This document shows positions 27,188 through 37,474 of a DNA stretch of 64,000 nucleotides, one piece after another (within the stretch, counting starts at the first letter, position 1; each line of letters starts with the position of its first letter). The notes below the pieces were generated by a model. That model was not told the DNA's origin, ran no database searches, and saw nothing but the letters and a program-made list of their open reading frames with translations. Source of the stretch: Planctomycetaceae bacterium (GTDB lineage: Bacteria; Planctomycetota; Planctomycetia; Pirellulales; UBA1268). The translations under genes and the position numbers were made by a program. The stretch lies in assembly GCA_947459185.1 (NCBI GenBank), contig CANHCU010000001.1, positions 14,463 through 78,462 of the forward strand, written 5' to 3'.

Positions 27188-28741
27188 ATGGAAATCATGG
27201 AAGTTTTCAACACGCTCGGCACCGGGCAACTCTTTCTGCTTTTGATTGCCCTGACGATCGCATTCGGATTCGAGGTCATCAACGGCTTCCACGACACGGC
27301 CAATGCCGTGGCCACGGTGATCTACACCAAGTCGATGAAGCCGACTCCCGCCGTCATCTGGTCGGGGATCTGGAACTTCATCGGCGTGCATGCCGGCGGC
27401 ATCGGCGTTGCCTTCAGCATCGTGCACCTGCTGCCGGTCGATCTCCTGGTCAACATCAAGACGGGCCGTGGCCTGGCGATGGTGCTCTCGCTGCTCGGCG
27501 CCGCCATCATCTGGAACTTTGCCACCTGGTACCGCGGTCTGCCCGCCTCGAGCTCCCATTCGCTGATCGGCTCGATCATGGGCGTCGGCATGATGAACGC
27601 CCTCATGGAGCATGGCTCGATGGCACGCGGCATCAACTGGCACAAGGCCACCGAGGTGGGCATCGCCCTGCTCCTCTCGCCGGCGATCGGCTTTGGCCTG
27701 GCGGCGTTGCTGCTGCTCCTCAGCAAGAAGCTGATTCCGGCCAAGGAACTCTACGAACCGCCCCACGGCGACCGGCCGCCGCCATGGTGGATTCGCGCGC
27801 TCTTGATCGGCACCTGCACCGGCGTGAGCTTTGCCCACGGCTCCAACGACGGCCAGAAGGGGATGGGCCTGATCATGCTCGTGCTGATCGGGATCGTGCC
27901 GGCGGCCTACGCCCTCAACATGAACTCCTCGACGGCCGATCTCACCGCCACCGTTGCGGCGGCCCAGAAACTGGAACAGGAGCTTTCCGATCCAGAGATA
28001 GCTGGTCTGATGTCGGCCCTCAAGGATCGGCATCTTGCCGAATCGAAGGTCGAGCGGCTGACGCGGAGCGACATTGTCTCGGCTGCGGAGGTGACCGAGG
28101 CGAGCCTGGTGGACGACGTCGTCAATCCCTATCCGTCTAATGACATCGTGCTGGCCACGCTCGACCCGCTGCCGCTGGTGCAGGGCGTGCTGGCGAGCCT
28201 GAAGGGCCGTGAGAGCTTCAAGGACCTGCAGACCGATGAACGGTGGCAGCTACGGACGAATTTGGTCGAACTGGGCGCCTCCGTCCGCACGCTGCTCAGG
28301 CAGTTTGGCGACCGGATGGCGGAGGACCGCCGCAAGGTGCTCAAGAGCCTGGCCGGGCAACTCTCCAAGCCGGTGGAATACGTGCCGGAATGGGTGGTGA
28401 TGGGCGTGGCCCTCTGCCTCGGTATCGGCACGATGTTTGGCTGGGAGCGGATCGTGAAGACGGTAGGCGAGAAGATCGGCAAGACCCACCTTACCTACGC
28501 CCAAGGGGGCGCGGCCGAACTGGTCGCCGCCACCACGATCGCGATGGCCGATCATCTCGGCATGCCTGTGAGCACGACGCACGTGCTCTCCAGCGGCGTG
28601 GCGGGCACGATGTGGGCCAACAAGTCGGGCATCCAGGCGGAGACGGTCCGCGAGATCGCCCTGGCCTGGGTCCTCACGCTGCCGGTGGCGATGGCCCTCT
28701 CGGGCGGCCTCTACTGGCTGGCAACGTGGTTCGTGGGGTAG
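27188..28741 (+). CDS. inorganic phosphate transporter, PiT family
   Basis: FEVINGFHDTANAVAT and the duplicated FAHGSNDGQKGMG signature. The start is ATG 27188; TTG 27149 is also open. Confidence 0.9.
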   Translation: MEIMEVFNTLGTGQLFLLLIALTIAFGFEVINGFHDTANAVATVIYTKSMKPTPAVIWSGIWNFIGVHAGGIGVAFSIVHLLPVDLLVNIKTGRGLAMVLSLLGAAIIWNFATWYRGLPASSSHSLIGSIMGVGMMNALMEHGSMARGINWHKATEVGIALLLSPAIGFGLAALLLLLSKKLIPAKELYEPPHGDRPPPWWIRALLIGTCTGVSFAHGSNDGQKGMGLIMLVLIGIVPAAYALNMNSSTADLTATVAAAQKLEQELSDPEIAGLMSALKDRHLAESKVERLTRSDIVSAAEVTEASLVDDVVNPYPSNDIVLATLDPLPLVQGVLASLKGRESFKDLQTDERWQLRTNLVELGASVRTLLRQFGDRMAEDRRKVLKSLAGQLSKPVEYVPEWVVMGVALCLGIGTMFGWERIVKTVGEKIGKTHLTYAQGGAAELVAATTIAMADHLGMPVSTTHVLSSGVAGTMWANKSGIQAETVREIALAWVLTLPVAMALSGGLYWLATWFVG

Positions 28742-28989
28742 GGCACGCTGTGTGGCGCCGCCAGGGTGTCGCTATGCCGGATTGGTTCGCCGGCTGCGGC
28801 ATGCTCGTCGCCGGCGGATTCTGCTACAGGATGCTCTTGGACGAATCGTGTATCGCTCGTGAGTCGCAGAATTCACCGGCTCCTGCGCGTGCCTCCGACC
28901 GGCTCCTCAAGCGCAACCCCAGCAATCTATCACAACGAGTCGGGGTCTCCGTGAGGGGCATGGGCAGCCCCGGACCGCGCGGCGCGGCC

Positions 28990-30744
28990 TCAACCTCTCC
29001 CGCGTTGGCGGAAGTATTTCAGGCCTGGCACGAAGAAGCAGATGCCGCTCACGACGCCGAAGACGACGTGCGAGATATCGCGGGCCACGCACATCACCAG
29101 TGCCGTGGCGAAGAGCACGGCGGCCTGAATGTAGAAGGCACCGGAAAGAATGCCCGCCTTGGCGAAGAAGATAAGGCCGGCCAGCAGGGCAAGCACCGGG
29201 GAGAGCGTGAGCACCGGCAGATCGAGCAGTGCCTCGACCCAGAAGAGCATCACGCTGGCGATCACGCTGCCCCCCCAGATGTGCGCGATCTGCCTCTCGA
29301 CAGCGGTCACGGGGCCGGACCGTTGCCGCAACGCCCAGAAGATCGGCGCCCAGAGTGCCAGGCCGCCAGCCCAGAGTATGAGATAAGGCCAACGGGTCGT
29401 CACGCCCTGCCAGGCCAGCACGTCGGTCGTCACGCAGAGCGCGAGGATCACGACCGAGTGCCACATCCAAAGCAGTCCCCAGTTCTCCAGGACCACGGCG
29501 TGGTGGGTTTCGCGGAACAGACGGGCGAACATGTCGGCAAAGCCGCCGTGCCGCGCGGCCACGGGCTCGCCTGCTAGAAAGGCCCGCAGGTCGGCCGCCA
29601 GTTCAGCCGCGGAGCCGTAGCGGAGTTCCTGCGGTTTCTGCAGCGACTTCAGCGCGATCATCTCGAGGTCGCGGTCCACCTGCCGGTCGATCGACCGGGG
29701 CACGGGCGGATCCGACTCGAGCACCGCCAGGAGCGTATCCATCGGGCTCGATGCCTGGAACGGCGGCCGGCCGGTGAGCATCTGGTAGAGGATCGCGCCG
29801 AGGCTCCAGACATCGCTCGTCGGCCCGACATCACCGCGGCTCCCGGCCGCCTGCTCGGGCGACATGTAGCAAGGCGTGCCGAGGATGGCGCCGGTGTGGG
29901 TGACCGACTCGTCCGCCTCCAGCCGCTTGGCTAATCCAAAGTCGGAGACGTGGGGCTCGCCCCCTGCATCGATGAGAATGTTCGAGGGCTTCAAGTCGCG
30001 ATGGAGCACGCCCCGCGTGTGGGCCACCTGCACCGCATCGGCCACCTTCGCCAGCAGGGCGGCGGCCTCACGGGCAGGCAGGGGCCCCTGCAGCAGCCGC
30101 TTGGCAAGCGTCGTCCCCTCCACCAACTGCATGCTGTAGAAAGGGTGTCCGTCGAACTCGCCGACCTCGAAGATCGAGACGATGCCGGGATGGTCGAGTC
30201 GCGCGGCGGCCTCCGCCTCGCTGCGGAATCGCGAAAGATCAGCGGGCGACGCCAGATCCCGTCGGAGCAGCATCTTGATGGCCACTGTGCGGCCCAGGCT
30301 TTTCTGAACCGCCCGGTAGACCACGCCCATGCCGCCGCGGCCGATCTCCTCGATCAGTTCATAGTCGCCGAACGTGGCCGGGAGCGGCGTGACGCCCGGC
30401 AGCATGCCGGTGCCCGCCGTCGGCCACGACGCGGAAAATGATGACCCGCTGCCACTCCCACGGTCGGATCCGCGGCCATCGCGGGCAAAGATCGTTGACT
30501 GCTCGGCGACCGCATCAGTCACCAACATGGCCGCAAACAGCTCGCGAAGCTGGCCGGCCAGCCGCGGGTGGTCGGCGGCGAGCTGTACGAGCGCCGTCTG
30601 GGCCTCGGGCCCCCGGAGTTCGGAAAGCTCCTCGACCAACGTCGCCAGCAGTTCCTCGTCGTCGGCCGAGAGGGGAGTGTCCACGGCACGGGTGCGGAGT
30701 GCGGTAGTGGGTGTCATGCCGTGCCTCTGCATCATGATAGGCAT
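28990..30744 (-). CDS. Ser/Thr protein kinase with C-terminal polytopic membrane domain
   Basis: GRGGMGVVYRAVQ...AIKML (subdomains I-II), HRDLKPSNILI, DFGLAK and SPEQ. About 200 C-terminal residues form 5-6 TM helices. Confidence 0.9.
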   Translation of the reverse strand: MPIMMQRHGMTPTTALRTRAVDTPLSADDEELLATLVEELSELRGPEAQTALVQLAADHPRLAGQLRELFAAMLVTDAVAEQSTIFARDGRGSDRGSGSGSSFSASWPTAGTGMLPGVTPLPATFGDYELIEEIGRGGMGVVYRAVQKSLGRTVAIKMLLRRDLASPADLSRFRSEAEAAARLDHPGIVSIFEVGEFDGHPFYSMQLVEGTTLAKRLLQGPLPAREAAALLAKVADAVQVAHTRGVLHRDLKPSNILIDAGGEPHVSDFGLAKRLEADESVTHTGAILGTPCYMSPEQAAGSRGDVGPTSDVWSLGAILYQMLTGRPPFQASSPMDTLLAVLESDPPVPRSIDRQVDRDLEMIALKSLQKPQELRYGSAAELAADLRAFLAGEPVAARHGGFADMFARLFRETHHAVVLENWGLLWMWHSVVILALCVTTDVLAWQGVTTRWPYLILWAGGLALWAPIFWALRQRSGPVTAVERQIAHIWGGSVIASVMLFWVEALLDLPVLTLSPVLALLAGLIFFAKAGILSGAFYIQAAVLFATALVMCVARDISHVVFGVVSGICFFVPGLKYFRQRGRG

Positions 30745-30780
30745 CAGGCCCGGATGGGGAACCGTCTGCGACGGACCTCG

Positions 30781-31551
30781 TCAACGCTGCGTCCTGGCCT
30801 GCTCGATGGCCAGCGAATCGAAGCCGCCGTCAAGGAGGACTCGCAGCCGGCGCATCGCCCGCAGATACCGCATTCCCGCGGCGGGCTTCGTCAGCCCCAG
30901 CGTGTCGGCGGCCTCCGCCGTGGAGAGGTGTTCGAAGTGCCGCAGTAGCACGATCTTTCGGTCGTCCTCATCGAGTTGCTCCACCGCCGCGGCAAACCGG
31001 CGCTCCAGTTCGTGCCAGGTCGCGGCCGCCGCCGGAGTGAGCTCCCGGTCGGCGAGTTGGCCCATCAGGTCGGCCTGTGAATGATCCGGCCCCGCAGGCA
31101 CCGTCAGCGACACCTCGCGGTCGAGACTGCGATTGGCGGCGACTCGGTGCCGGCGGTGGGCGTCGATGAGACGATCCCGGGCCATGTGCCGCAGCCAGAG
31201 CTGGAATGGCATGGTCGGATTGGCAAGATAATCGCCGAGGCGGCGATTGGCCTCGATCATCACGTCCTGCACGATGTCGCTGGCATCGACCCGCCGCTGC
31301 ACGACCCGATCCATCCGCTGATCGATCATCCGGCGGATCGCCGCGCGATGGCGTTGGAGCAGGCCGTTGATCGCCGCCCCGTCCCCTTGTCGGACCCGGT
31401 CGAGCAGCACCAGCGTCGGCTGCGGGTCGGATGTGGCCGCGTTCGCGGTGGCCATCGGGCTGCCGGAAGAGTCTGCCGCCTGCGTGGCCGAGGGGCCTGC
31501 GACGGTAGCGTTTGGGTCGGACGTGCTGTTCGTGCTGTTTGTGCGGGCCAT
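30781..31551 (-). CDS. ECF-type sigma-70 family RNA polymerase sigma factor
   Basis: Region 2 is ASDIVQDVMIEANRRLGDY...FQLWLRHMARDRLIDAHR. Region 4 is LLRHFEHLSTAEAADTLGLTKPAAGMRYLRAMRRLR. ATG 31551 is chosen. The stop lies 36 nt upstream of the kinase start. Confidence 0.85.
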   Translation of the reverse strand: MARTNSTNSTSDPNATVAGPSATQAADSSGSPMATANAATSDPQPTLVLLDRVRQGDGAAINGLLQRHRAAIRRMIDQRMDRVVQRRVDASDIVQDVMIEANRRLGDYLANPTMPFQLWLRHMARDRLIDAHRRHRVAANRSLDREVSLTVPAGPDHSQADLMGQLADRELTPAAAATWHELERRFAAAVEQLDEDDRKIVLLRHFEHLSTAEAADTLGLTKPAAGMRYLRAMRRLRVLLDGGFDSLAIEQARTQR

Positions 31552-31770
31552 TACAGGTGCCGTTGAAGCCTCTCGAGCTGGATTCCATAGTACCAAGGTG
31601 TCGCCTGGGTGTGTTGCGCAGGAGGTGGATGGCAGCTGCCTCCGGGTTTCCGTGGCCCCTCTGCGTGATCCCTCCGGTGGCCGGAAAAAATCTGTGGCCG
31701 GGAAGGCCGCGATTTTTTGACCGCCGTCTGAACGTGATCCATAATCGCGAGCGGTCAACGGAGAGACCGC

Positions 31771-33600
31771 ATGCCTGCCGCGCCGGAATGCGGCCTTGCG
31801 AACGGATTGCCGTCAGTGACCGTCGTCACCCCATCGACGTGTGGCCAAGTCTGGGTCCGCCCGGACGACAACTGGGTTCGCCCGGGTCTTCCCTGCTCCC
31901 GCCGGATCAGTCGCCACGCGGCCCGCCTGCTGGCCTTCGTGCACCTAGTGGTGGCGATCGGGCTGGTGATTGCGGGCGGCGACGCCATGGCGGTGGAGCC
32001 TGCCGTCGGCAGTGCCCCCGATTCGGTCCGCGCTCCAGGGCTGGCTGGACCGCAGGATGACCTCCTGGTCCGGTCCACCATGCTCGAACGCGAGCAGCGA
32101 TGGGCTGACGTGGTGTCGCTCTGCGAGTCAGCGGCCCGCCAGGGGGTCCTCGCGCCCGAACTGCACCAGCGGTATGACCTGGCCAAGATTCATTGCGATC
32201 TGTCCCGCCGGCACTGCGAACGCGCCTTCCGCACGCAGTTGGTCAAACTCGCCGAGACCGACGCCCGCCGGCTCTACGCAGAGGTGCTCGGGCGGATCGG
32301 CTCGCATCACGTGGAGGCCCCGCAATTCGCCCGACTCGTCTCGCGGGGTTGCCTGACGATGGACGTGGCGATCGACGATCCGACGTTCGTGTCGCTCTAT
32401 GCTCAGCACGCAACGCCCGAACGGAGAGTGCTCTACCGCGATCAGGTGGCGCGGATCACCGCGGGCCGATCCATCACGTCGCTGGTCGAGGCGGAGACGC
32501 TGGCTGCCTGGGTGGCGAGGGCCGGCCACGCGACGCTCGGCATCCCGCCGGCGGTGACGCTGATGGAGATGACTGCCGCAGCGGTCGGCGGCCTCGATGA
32601 GTATTCGGCCTTCCTCACCAACGGCCAACTCGACGATCTCTACGCCCAGATCGAGGGCAACTTCGTGGGCCTTGGTGTGGAACTGAAGAGTGCCGAAGAC
32701 GGGCTGCTGGTGGTCCACGTGATTCCCGCGAGCCCTGCGGAGCGGGCGGGGATCCGGGCCGGTGATCATCTGGTGGCCGTCGGCGGTCGCGGCCTCGGCG
32801 GCATGAATGTCGATGAGGCTGCCCAACTGCTTCAGGGGCCTGAAGGCTCGGTCGTGACGCTCGCGGTGCTGCGGGCCCCCGCCCCCGCCCGGGCCGTGAC
32901 GGTGCGTCGCGAGCATGTCGAGGTGCCGAGCATCGAGAACGTGCGGATGCTCGATCCCTCCACTGGCGTCGGCTATCTGAAGATTTCCTCGTTCCAAAAG
33001 ACCACCGCCGCCGACCTGGAAGCCGCGCTGCGTCGGCTCGATGTCGCCGGCATGCGGTCGCTGGTCGTCGATCTCCGCGGCAACCCCGGGGGACTGTTGT
33101 CGTCGGCGGTTGACGTCTCCGACCTGTTCCTCGAACGGGGCCTGGTGGTGGCCACCCGCGGCCGCAGCCCCGAGGAGGATTTCAACTATTCGGCCAGCCG
33201 GCCCGGCACGTGGCGGATGCCGCTGGTCGTGGTGATTGACGGCGAGTCGGCCAGTTCGAGCGAGATTTTTGCCGGTGCCATGCGGGACCACGGCCGGGCC
33301 ACGATCGTCGGCACCCGCAGCTACGGGAAGGGTTCCATCCAGGGCATCTTCCCGCTGGAAGTGGGTGGCGTCGGCATGCGGCTGACGACTGCGAAGTTCT
33401 TCTCGCCGAAGGGCCTGCCGTATAGCCGAGTGGGTGTCGAACCCGACCTGCAGGTGCAGTCAGTGGCCCGGCCCGCCGCGGGTGTGTTCGTGGCGCAGGC
33501 GGGCGACCCGTTTCTCGATGCGGCACTCGAGGTGGCCCGCCGGTCGGTGGCGGCCCGCCCTGTGGCCAAGCCCGTCAGCCGCACCACGGTCGCGCGGTAG
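31771..33600 (+). CDS. S41 family C-terminal processing peptidase with PDZ domain
   Basis: PDZ is GVELKSAEDGLLVVHVIPASPAERAGIRAGDHLVAV. The catalytic region is DLRGNPGGLL...SASSSEIFAGA. GGAGAG lies 5 nt upstream of the ATG. Confidence 0.85.
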   Translation: MPAAPECGLANGLPSVTVVTPSTCGQVWVRPDDNWVRPGLPCSRRISRHAARLLAFVHLVVAIGLVIAGGDAMAVEPAVGSAPDSVRAPGLAGPQDDLLVRSTMLEREQRWADVVSLCESAARQGVLAPELHQRYDLAKIHCDLSRRHCERAFRTQLVKLAETDARRLYAEVLGRIGSHHVEAPQFARLVSRGCLTMDVAIDDPTFVSLYAQHATPERRVLYRDQVARITAGRSITSLVEAETLAAWVARAGHATLGIPPAVTLMEMTAAAVGGLDEYSAFLTNGQLDDLYAQIEGNFVGLGVELKSAEDGLLVVHVIPASPAERAGIRAGDHLVAVGGRGLGGMNVDEAAQLLQGPEGSVVTLAVLRAPAPARAVTVRREHVEVPSIENVRMLDPSTGVGYLKISSFQKTTAADLEAALRRLDVAGMRSLVVDLRGNPGGLLSSAVDVSDLFLERGLVVATRGRSPEEDFNYSASRPGTWRMPLVVVIDGESASSSEIFAGAMRDHGRATIVGTRSYGKGSIQGIFPLEVGGVGMRLTTAKFFSPKGLPYSRVGVEPDLQVQSVARPAAGVFVAQAGDPFLDAALEVARRSVAARPVAKPVSRTTVAR

Positions 33601-33809
33601 CCGTGTCGATGCCCCCTGCAGGGCCCGGCTACTTGAACTGGCCCGCTCGCGCCGTTAATCTGCGAAGGTTTCGCGGAAATTCAGCGGTCCGTGGGTTCCT
33701 TCTTCTGGCAACGGTCTGCTTGATTTTTAAGTTGATTTTCTGAGTGGTTTTCAACCAACACCTTTCCTTGCGCGTCCTTTGCGCAGTCTTTAAGAAGAAG
33801 GATCACGTC

Positions 33810-35981
33810 ATGACCAGTGCCCGTGCCAATGCCATCTCCGCCATCAACAGCTACAAGTCGAATGGTCAGGCGTGGAATTTCCGTGAGACGCCCACCAGCG
33901 AAATCTTCGGCGCCAACGTGTTCGGCGACGCCGCGATGAAGGATCGGTTGCCTAAGAGCGTTTACAAGGCGATGCAGGCCACCATCAAGCAGGGCAAGCC
34001 GCTTGATCCTGGCATCGCCGACGCGGTGGCTCTGGCGATGAAGGATTGGGCGATCGAGAAGGGTGCCACGCACTACGCCCACGTCTTCTACCCGCTCACG
34101 GGCATCACGGCCGAGAAGCACGACAGCTTCCTCTCCCCGACCGGCGACGGCCATGCGATGGCCGAGTTTTCTGGCAAGGAACTGATTCAGGGTGAGCCGG
34201 ATGCCTCGAGCTTCCCGTCCGGCGGCCTCCGCGCCACGTTCGAAGCCCGCGGGTACACCGCGTGGGATCCGACCAGCCCGGCCTACATCCTCGACAACCC
34301 CAACGGCACCACGCTCTGCATCCCGACCGCCTTCTGTTCGTGGACGGGCGAGGCGCTCGACAAGAAGACGCCGCTGTTGCGGTCGATGCAGGCGATCGAC
34401 AAGCAGGCTCGCCGCGTGCTCGCGCTGTTTGGCCACAAGGATGTCGGCCAGGTGACGGCGTCGGCCGGTCCGGAGCAGGAATACTTTCTCATCGATCGAA
34501 ACTTCTTCTTCGCCCGCCCTGACCTCGTGGTCACCGGCCGAACGCTCTTTGGTGCCAGGCCGCCCAAGGGACAGGAGTTCGAAGACCAGTATTTCGGCGC
34601 GATCCCCGAGCGGGTGCTCGCCTGCATGCTCGAAGGAGAGCGTGAGCTCTTCAAGCTCGGTGTGCCCGTGAAGACGCGGCACAATGAGGTCGCGCCTTCG
34701 CAATACGAGATCGCGCCGATCTATGAGAACGCCAACATCGCCACCGACCACCAGCAGACGATCATGCAGACGCTGCTGCGGGTGGCGCAGAAGTACGGCA
34801 TGGCGTGCCTGCTGCACGAGAAGCCTTTCGCGGGCATCAACGGCTCGGGCAAGCACGTCAACTGGTCGATCGGCTGCAAGCTCGGCAACCTGCTCGAGCC
34901 GGGCGAGACGCCCCATGCCAACATGCAGTTCCTCGTGTTCTGTGCGGCGGTGATCCGGGCGGTCCATCTCCACGGCGACCTGCTGAGGTCGGTCGTCGCG
35001 GCCAGCGGCAACGACCATCGGCTGGGAGCCAACGAGGCGCCGCCGGCGATCATCTCGATCTTCCTCGGCGACCAGCTCTCCGACGTCTTCGAGCAGATCG
35101 AAAAGGGGAAGGCCACCAGCAGCAAGTTGAGCGGTACGCTTTCGGTGGGTGTCGATACGTTGCCGCCGCTGCCGAAGCATGCCGGCGACCGCAACCGCAC
35201 GAGCCCGTTTGCCTTCACTGGCAACAAGTTCGAGTTCCGCGCGGTCGGTTCCAGTCAGTCGATCGCCGGGCCGCTCGTGGCCCTCAACACGATCGCGGCG
35301 GAGAGTCTCGACTACATCGCGACCGAACTGGAGAAGGCAACCGGTGGCGACGCCTCCAAACTCAACGCCGCCATTGAGACGTTGCTCCAGCAGATCATTG
35401 CCGAACACAAGGCGGTGATCTTCAACGGCAACGGCTACTCGGCGGAGTGGCAGGAGGAGGCGAAGCGGCGAGGCCTTCCCAACCTGAAGGCCACTCCCGA
35501 GGCGCTCGACGTGCTTGTCACGCCGACGAACATCGCCCTCTTCGAAAAGTACGGCGTGCTCTCGGAGCGTGAGATGCGCAGCCGCTACGAAATCTATCTG
35601 GAACGCTACTGCAAGGACATCAATGCCGAGGCAAATTCGGCCGTGCAGATCGCCAAGACGATGATCCTGCCGGCGGGCTATCGGTATCAGGGTGAACTGG
35701 TCGATACGGCGTCGAAGCTCAAGAGTATTGGCCAGACGGTGCACATGGGCACGCTCGACAAACTCACGAAACTGGTCGGCGCGTTCGAGCAACGGATCGA
35801 GGCCCTGGAGACGGCCCTTGCCCACGGGGGCCATGATCTTCGTGCCGAGGTCACGCACTTCCATGACGACGTGATCCCGGCGATGGTGTCGCTGCGGGAA
35901 ACGGCAGACCAGATCGAGTCGATCCTGCCGGACGATCTCTGGCCGCTGCCGACCTACCGCGAGATGCTGTTCATCAAGTGA
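33810..35981 (+). CDS. glnN: glutamine synthetase type III
   Basis: About 720 aa. [26 protein letters not shown] and [19 protein letters not shown] are GS-III signatures. The long antisense ORF 33681..36059 is rejected. Confidence 0.9.
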   Translation: MTSARANAISAINSYKSNGQAWNFRETPTSEIFGANVFGDAAMKDRLPKSVYKAMQATIKQGKPLDPGIADAVALAMKDWAIEKGATHYAHVFYPLTGITAEKHDSFLSPTGDGHAMAEFSGKELIQGEPDASSFPSGGLRATFEARGYTAWDPTSPAYILDNPNGTTLCIPTAFCSWTGEALDKKTPLLRSMQAIDKQARRVLALFGHKDVGQVTASAGPEQEYFLIDRNFFFARPDLVVTGRTLFGARPPKGQEFEDQYFGAIPERVLACMLEGERELFKLGVPVKTRHNEVAPSQYEIAPIYENANIATDHQQTIMQTLLRVAQKYGMACLLHEKPFAGINGSGKHVNWSIGCKLGNLLEPGETPHANMQFLVFCAAVIRAVHLHGDLLRSVVAASGNDHRLGANEAPPAIISIFLGDQLSDVFEQIEKGKATSSKLSGTLSVGVDTLPPLPKHAGDRNRTSPFAFTGNKFEFRAVGSSQSIAGPLVALNTIAAESLDYIATELEKATGGDASKLNAAIETLLQQIIAEHKAVIFNGNGYSAEWQEEAKRRGLPNLKATPEALDVLVTPTNIALFEKYGVLSEREMRSRYEIYLERYCKDINAEANSAVQIAKTMILPAGYRYQGELVDTASKLKSIGQTVHMGTLDKLTKLVGAFEQRIEALETALAHGGHDLRAEVTHFHDDVIPAMVSLRETADQIESILPDDLWPLPTYREMLFIK

Positions 35982-36682
35982 CCGATCCGGAACCGTCTCG
36001 GGCAGACCTCGCATCTGCAGTCGCCGCTGAATGCGAGCGGCTCGGTCTGGGCGTATCATCCGATGCCGTGCCGAGGCTCGCCGCGTATGCGGCGAGCCTC
36101 TGGTCTTGGAACGAACGGCTGAACCTCACCCGGCACACCGACGTGGAGAAATTCGTCTCCCGCGACGTGGCCGATGCCGTGGCGATCGCGCCTCATCTCG
36201 AGACCGGTGCCCACGTGCTCGACGTCGGCACCGGTGGGGGCGTGCCCGGCGTGCTTCTGGCGATCCTGCGGCCCGATCTACGGGTCGAACTCTGCGACAG
36301 CGTGGGCAAACGCGCCCGGGCTGTGCGGGAGATCGTCGCGGAGATTGGCCTGACGACTCCGGTGCACGAGGGGGCCGCCCAGCAACTGGTGGCGGCTGCG
36401 GCAGAGGCTGGTGAGCGGGGCGGCAGTCCGGGACGGTTTGACGTGCTCGTGGTACGGGCGGTGGCACCGCTCTTGAAACTCCTCGGCTGGTTCGAGCCGC
36501 TGTGCGATGCCTATGGGCGGATGCTCGTCATCAAGGGACCGCGGTGGGAGGAGGAGAAGGGCGAGGCCCGGCACCGCGGCTTCGTAAAGAAGGTGGGGGT
36601 GCGGCGGATCGCGGCCTGGCCGATTCGTGGCAGCGACAACGAGAGCGTGCTCTTGGAAGTGAAACGTCGCGAGCCGGCGTAG
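35978..36682 (+). CDS. rsmG: 16S rRNA (guanine527-N7)-methyltransferase
   Basis: [24 protein letters not shown] and [17 protein letters not shown]. The GTG start overlaps the glnN TGA stop (GTGA). Confidence 0.85.
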   Translation: MTDPEPSRADLASAVAAECERLGLGVSSDAVPRLAAYAASLWSWNERLNLTRHTDVEKFVSRDVADAVAIAPHLETGAHVLDVGTGGGVPGVLLAILRPDLRVELCDSVGKRARAVREIVAEIGLTTPVHEGAAQQLVAAAAEAGERGGSPGRFDVLVVRAVAPLLKLLGWFEPLCDAYGRMLVIKGPRWEEEKGEARHRGFVKKVGVRRIAAWPIRGSDNESVLLEVKRREPA

Positions 36683-36844
36683 CTGAGGTGGGGGTGGTCT
36701 GTGTCGGTCGGGGCTGCCCATGCCCCGTCGCCGGACGTTCGCTACGGCCATCCATGGCCTTCGCTCACTCGATGCTGACTGCGCTCCGGCATCCTGCCTG
36801 CGCTGGTCAGCAACGCCGGCTCTCGGGGCATGGGCAGCCCCTCG

Positions 36845-36868
36845 CATCCCCTTGCTTGCGCTGCGGGC
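36845..36868. repeat. intergenic repeat locus G (truncated type1 unit)
   Basis: CATCCCCTTGCTTGCGCTGCGGGC lies between the convergent rsmG and the 36983..37474 gene. Confidence 0.7.
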
Positions 36869-36982
36869 GCGGAGCCTGCCCGCGTTGGTTTGCATGGCAG
36901 GATGCCATGCGCAGCACCAGCAAACTGCGTTTGCCAAGAAAAAACGACAGGAAGTCGTGTTTTTCGTGAATACAGCCTCGCC

Positions 36983-37474
36983 CTACAGGTTCATGCCGAG
37001 GAAGCCGCCGCTGGCGTCGCTGGCGGCCTGCTCACGGGCCAGGCGTTCCTCGGCGCGGGCCAGGTCGCCCGCGGCGATGTAGCGGTCAAACTCCGTTTCG
37101 ACGGCGTGCTTGACCGAGAGCGTCAGCCACTGCACCGCCGGCTGCGTGAGCCAGTCGCAGGTTTCCTTGTCGAGCCTGACGGTCAGATCGCTGCCGACCG
37201 TCTTTGTGTCGGCCTCGTCGGTGAGCACCGTTCCTTCGACCGCGAACCGCACCCACCCCAGGTCGGGATCGTTTGTAAACTGAAACGTGCAGAAGCCGTT
37301 GGTGAGATAGTAGGTGTTGCGCGTGCCGTGCTGGCTGATCGCTCGCTGCACTCGTTCCAGTCGGCTGCGGTAAGCGGGTGAGGCTTCTGATGGAATGGAG
37401 ACCTGTCGAACGCTCCGCAAGGGCGTGCATTCGAAACTGATCGCCACGATCGGACGGGATGGTTGATCGCTCAT
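36983..37474 (-). CDS. hypothetical cytoplasmic protein (163 aa)
   Basis: Balanced, non-shadow-like amino-acid composition (MSDQPSRPIVAISFECTPLRSV...FLGMNL). I recognise no family. Its ATG overlaps the apbE ATG on the other strand. Confidence 0.5.
   Translation of the reverse strand: MSDQPSRPIVAISFECTPLRSVRQVSIPSEASPAYRSRLERVQRAISQHGTRNTYYLTNGFCTFQFTNDPDLGWVRFAVEGTVLTDEADTKTVGSDLTVRLDKETCDWLTQPAVQWLTLSVKHAVETEFDRYIAAGDLARAEERLAREQAASDASGGFLGMNL

Noticed and set aside
33706-33720. Sigma-54 type promoter (TGGCA-N-TGCT) upstream of glnN
   Set aside because: The GG-to-GC spacing is one nucleotide shorter than the strict -24/-12 spacing, and there is no obvious enhancer-binding-site dyad. It cannot be supported by eye.
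33681-36059. 792-aa ORF on the minus strand
   Set aside because: It is antisense to glnN, whose translation carries unmistakable GS-III motifs. The antisense product is Arg/Leu/Gly/Asp-rich with no recognisable motifs. This is a typical open shadow frame in GC-rich DNA.
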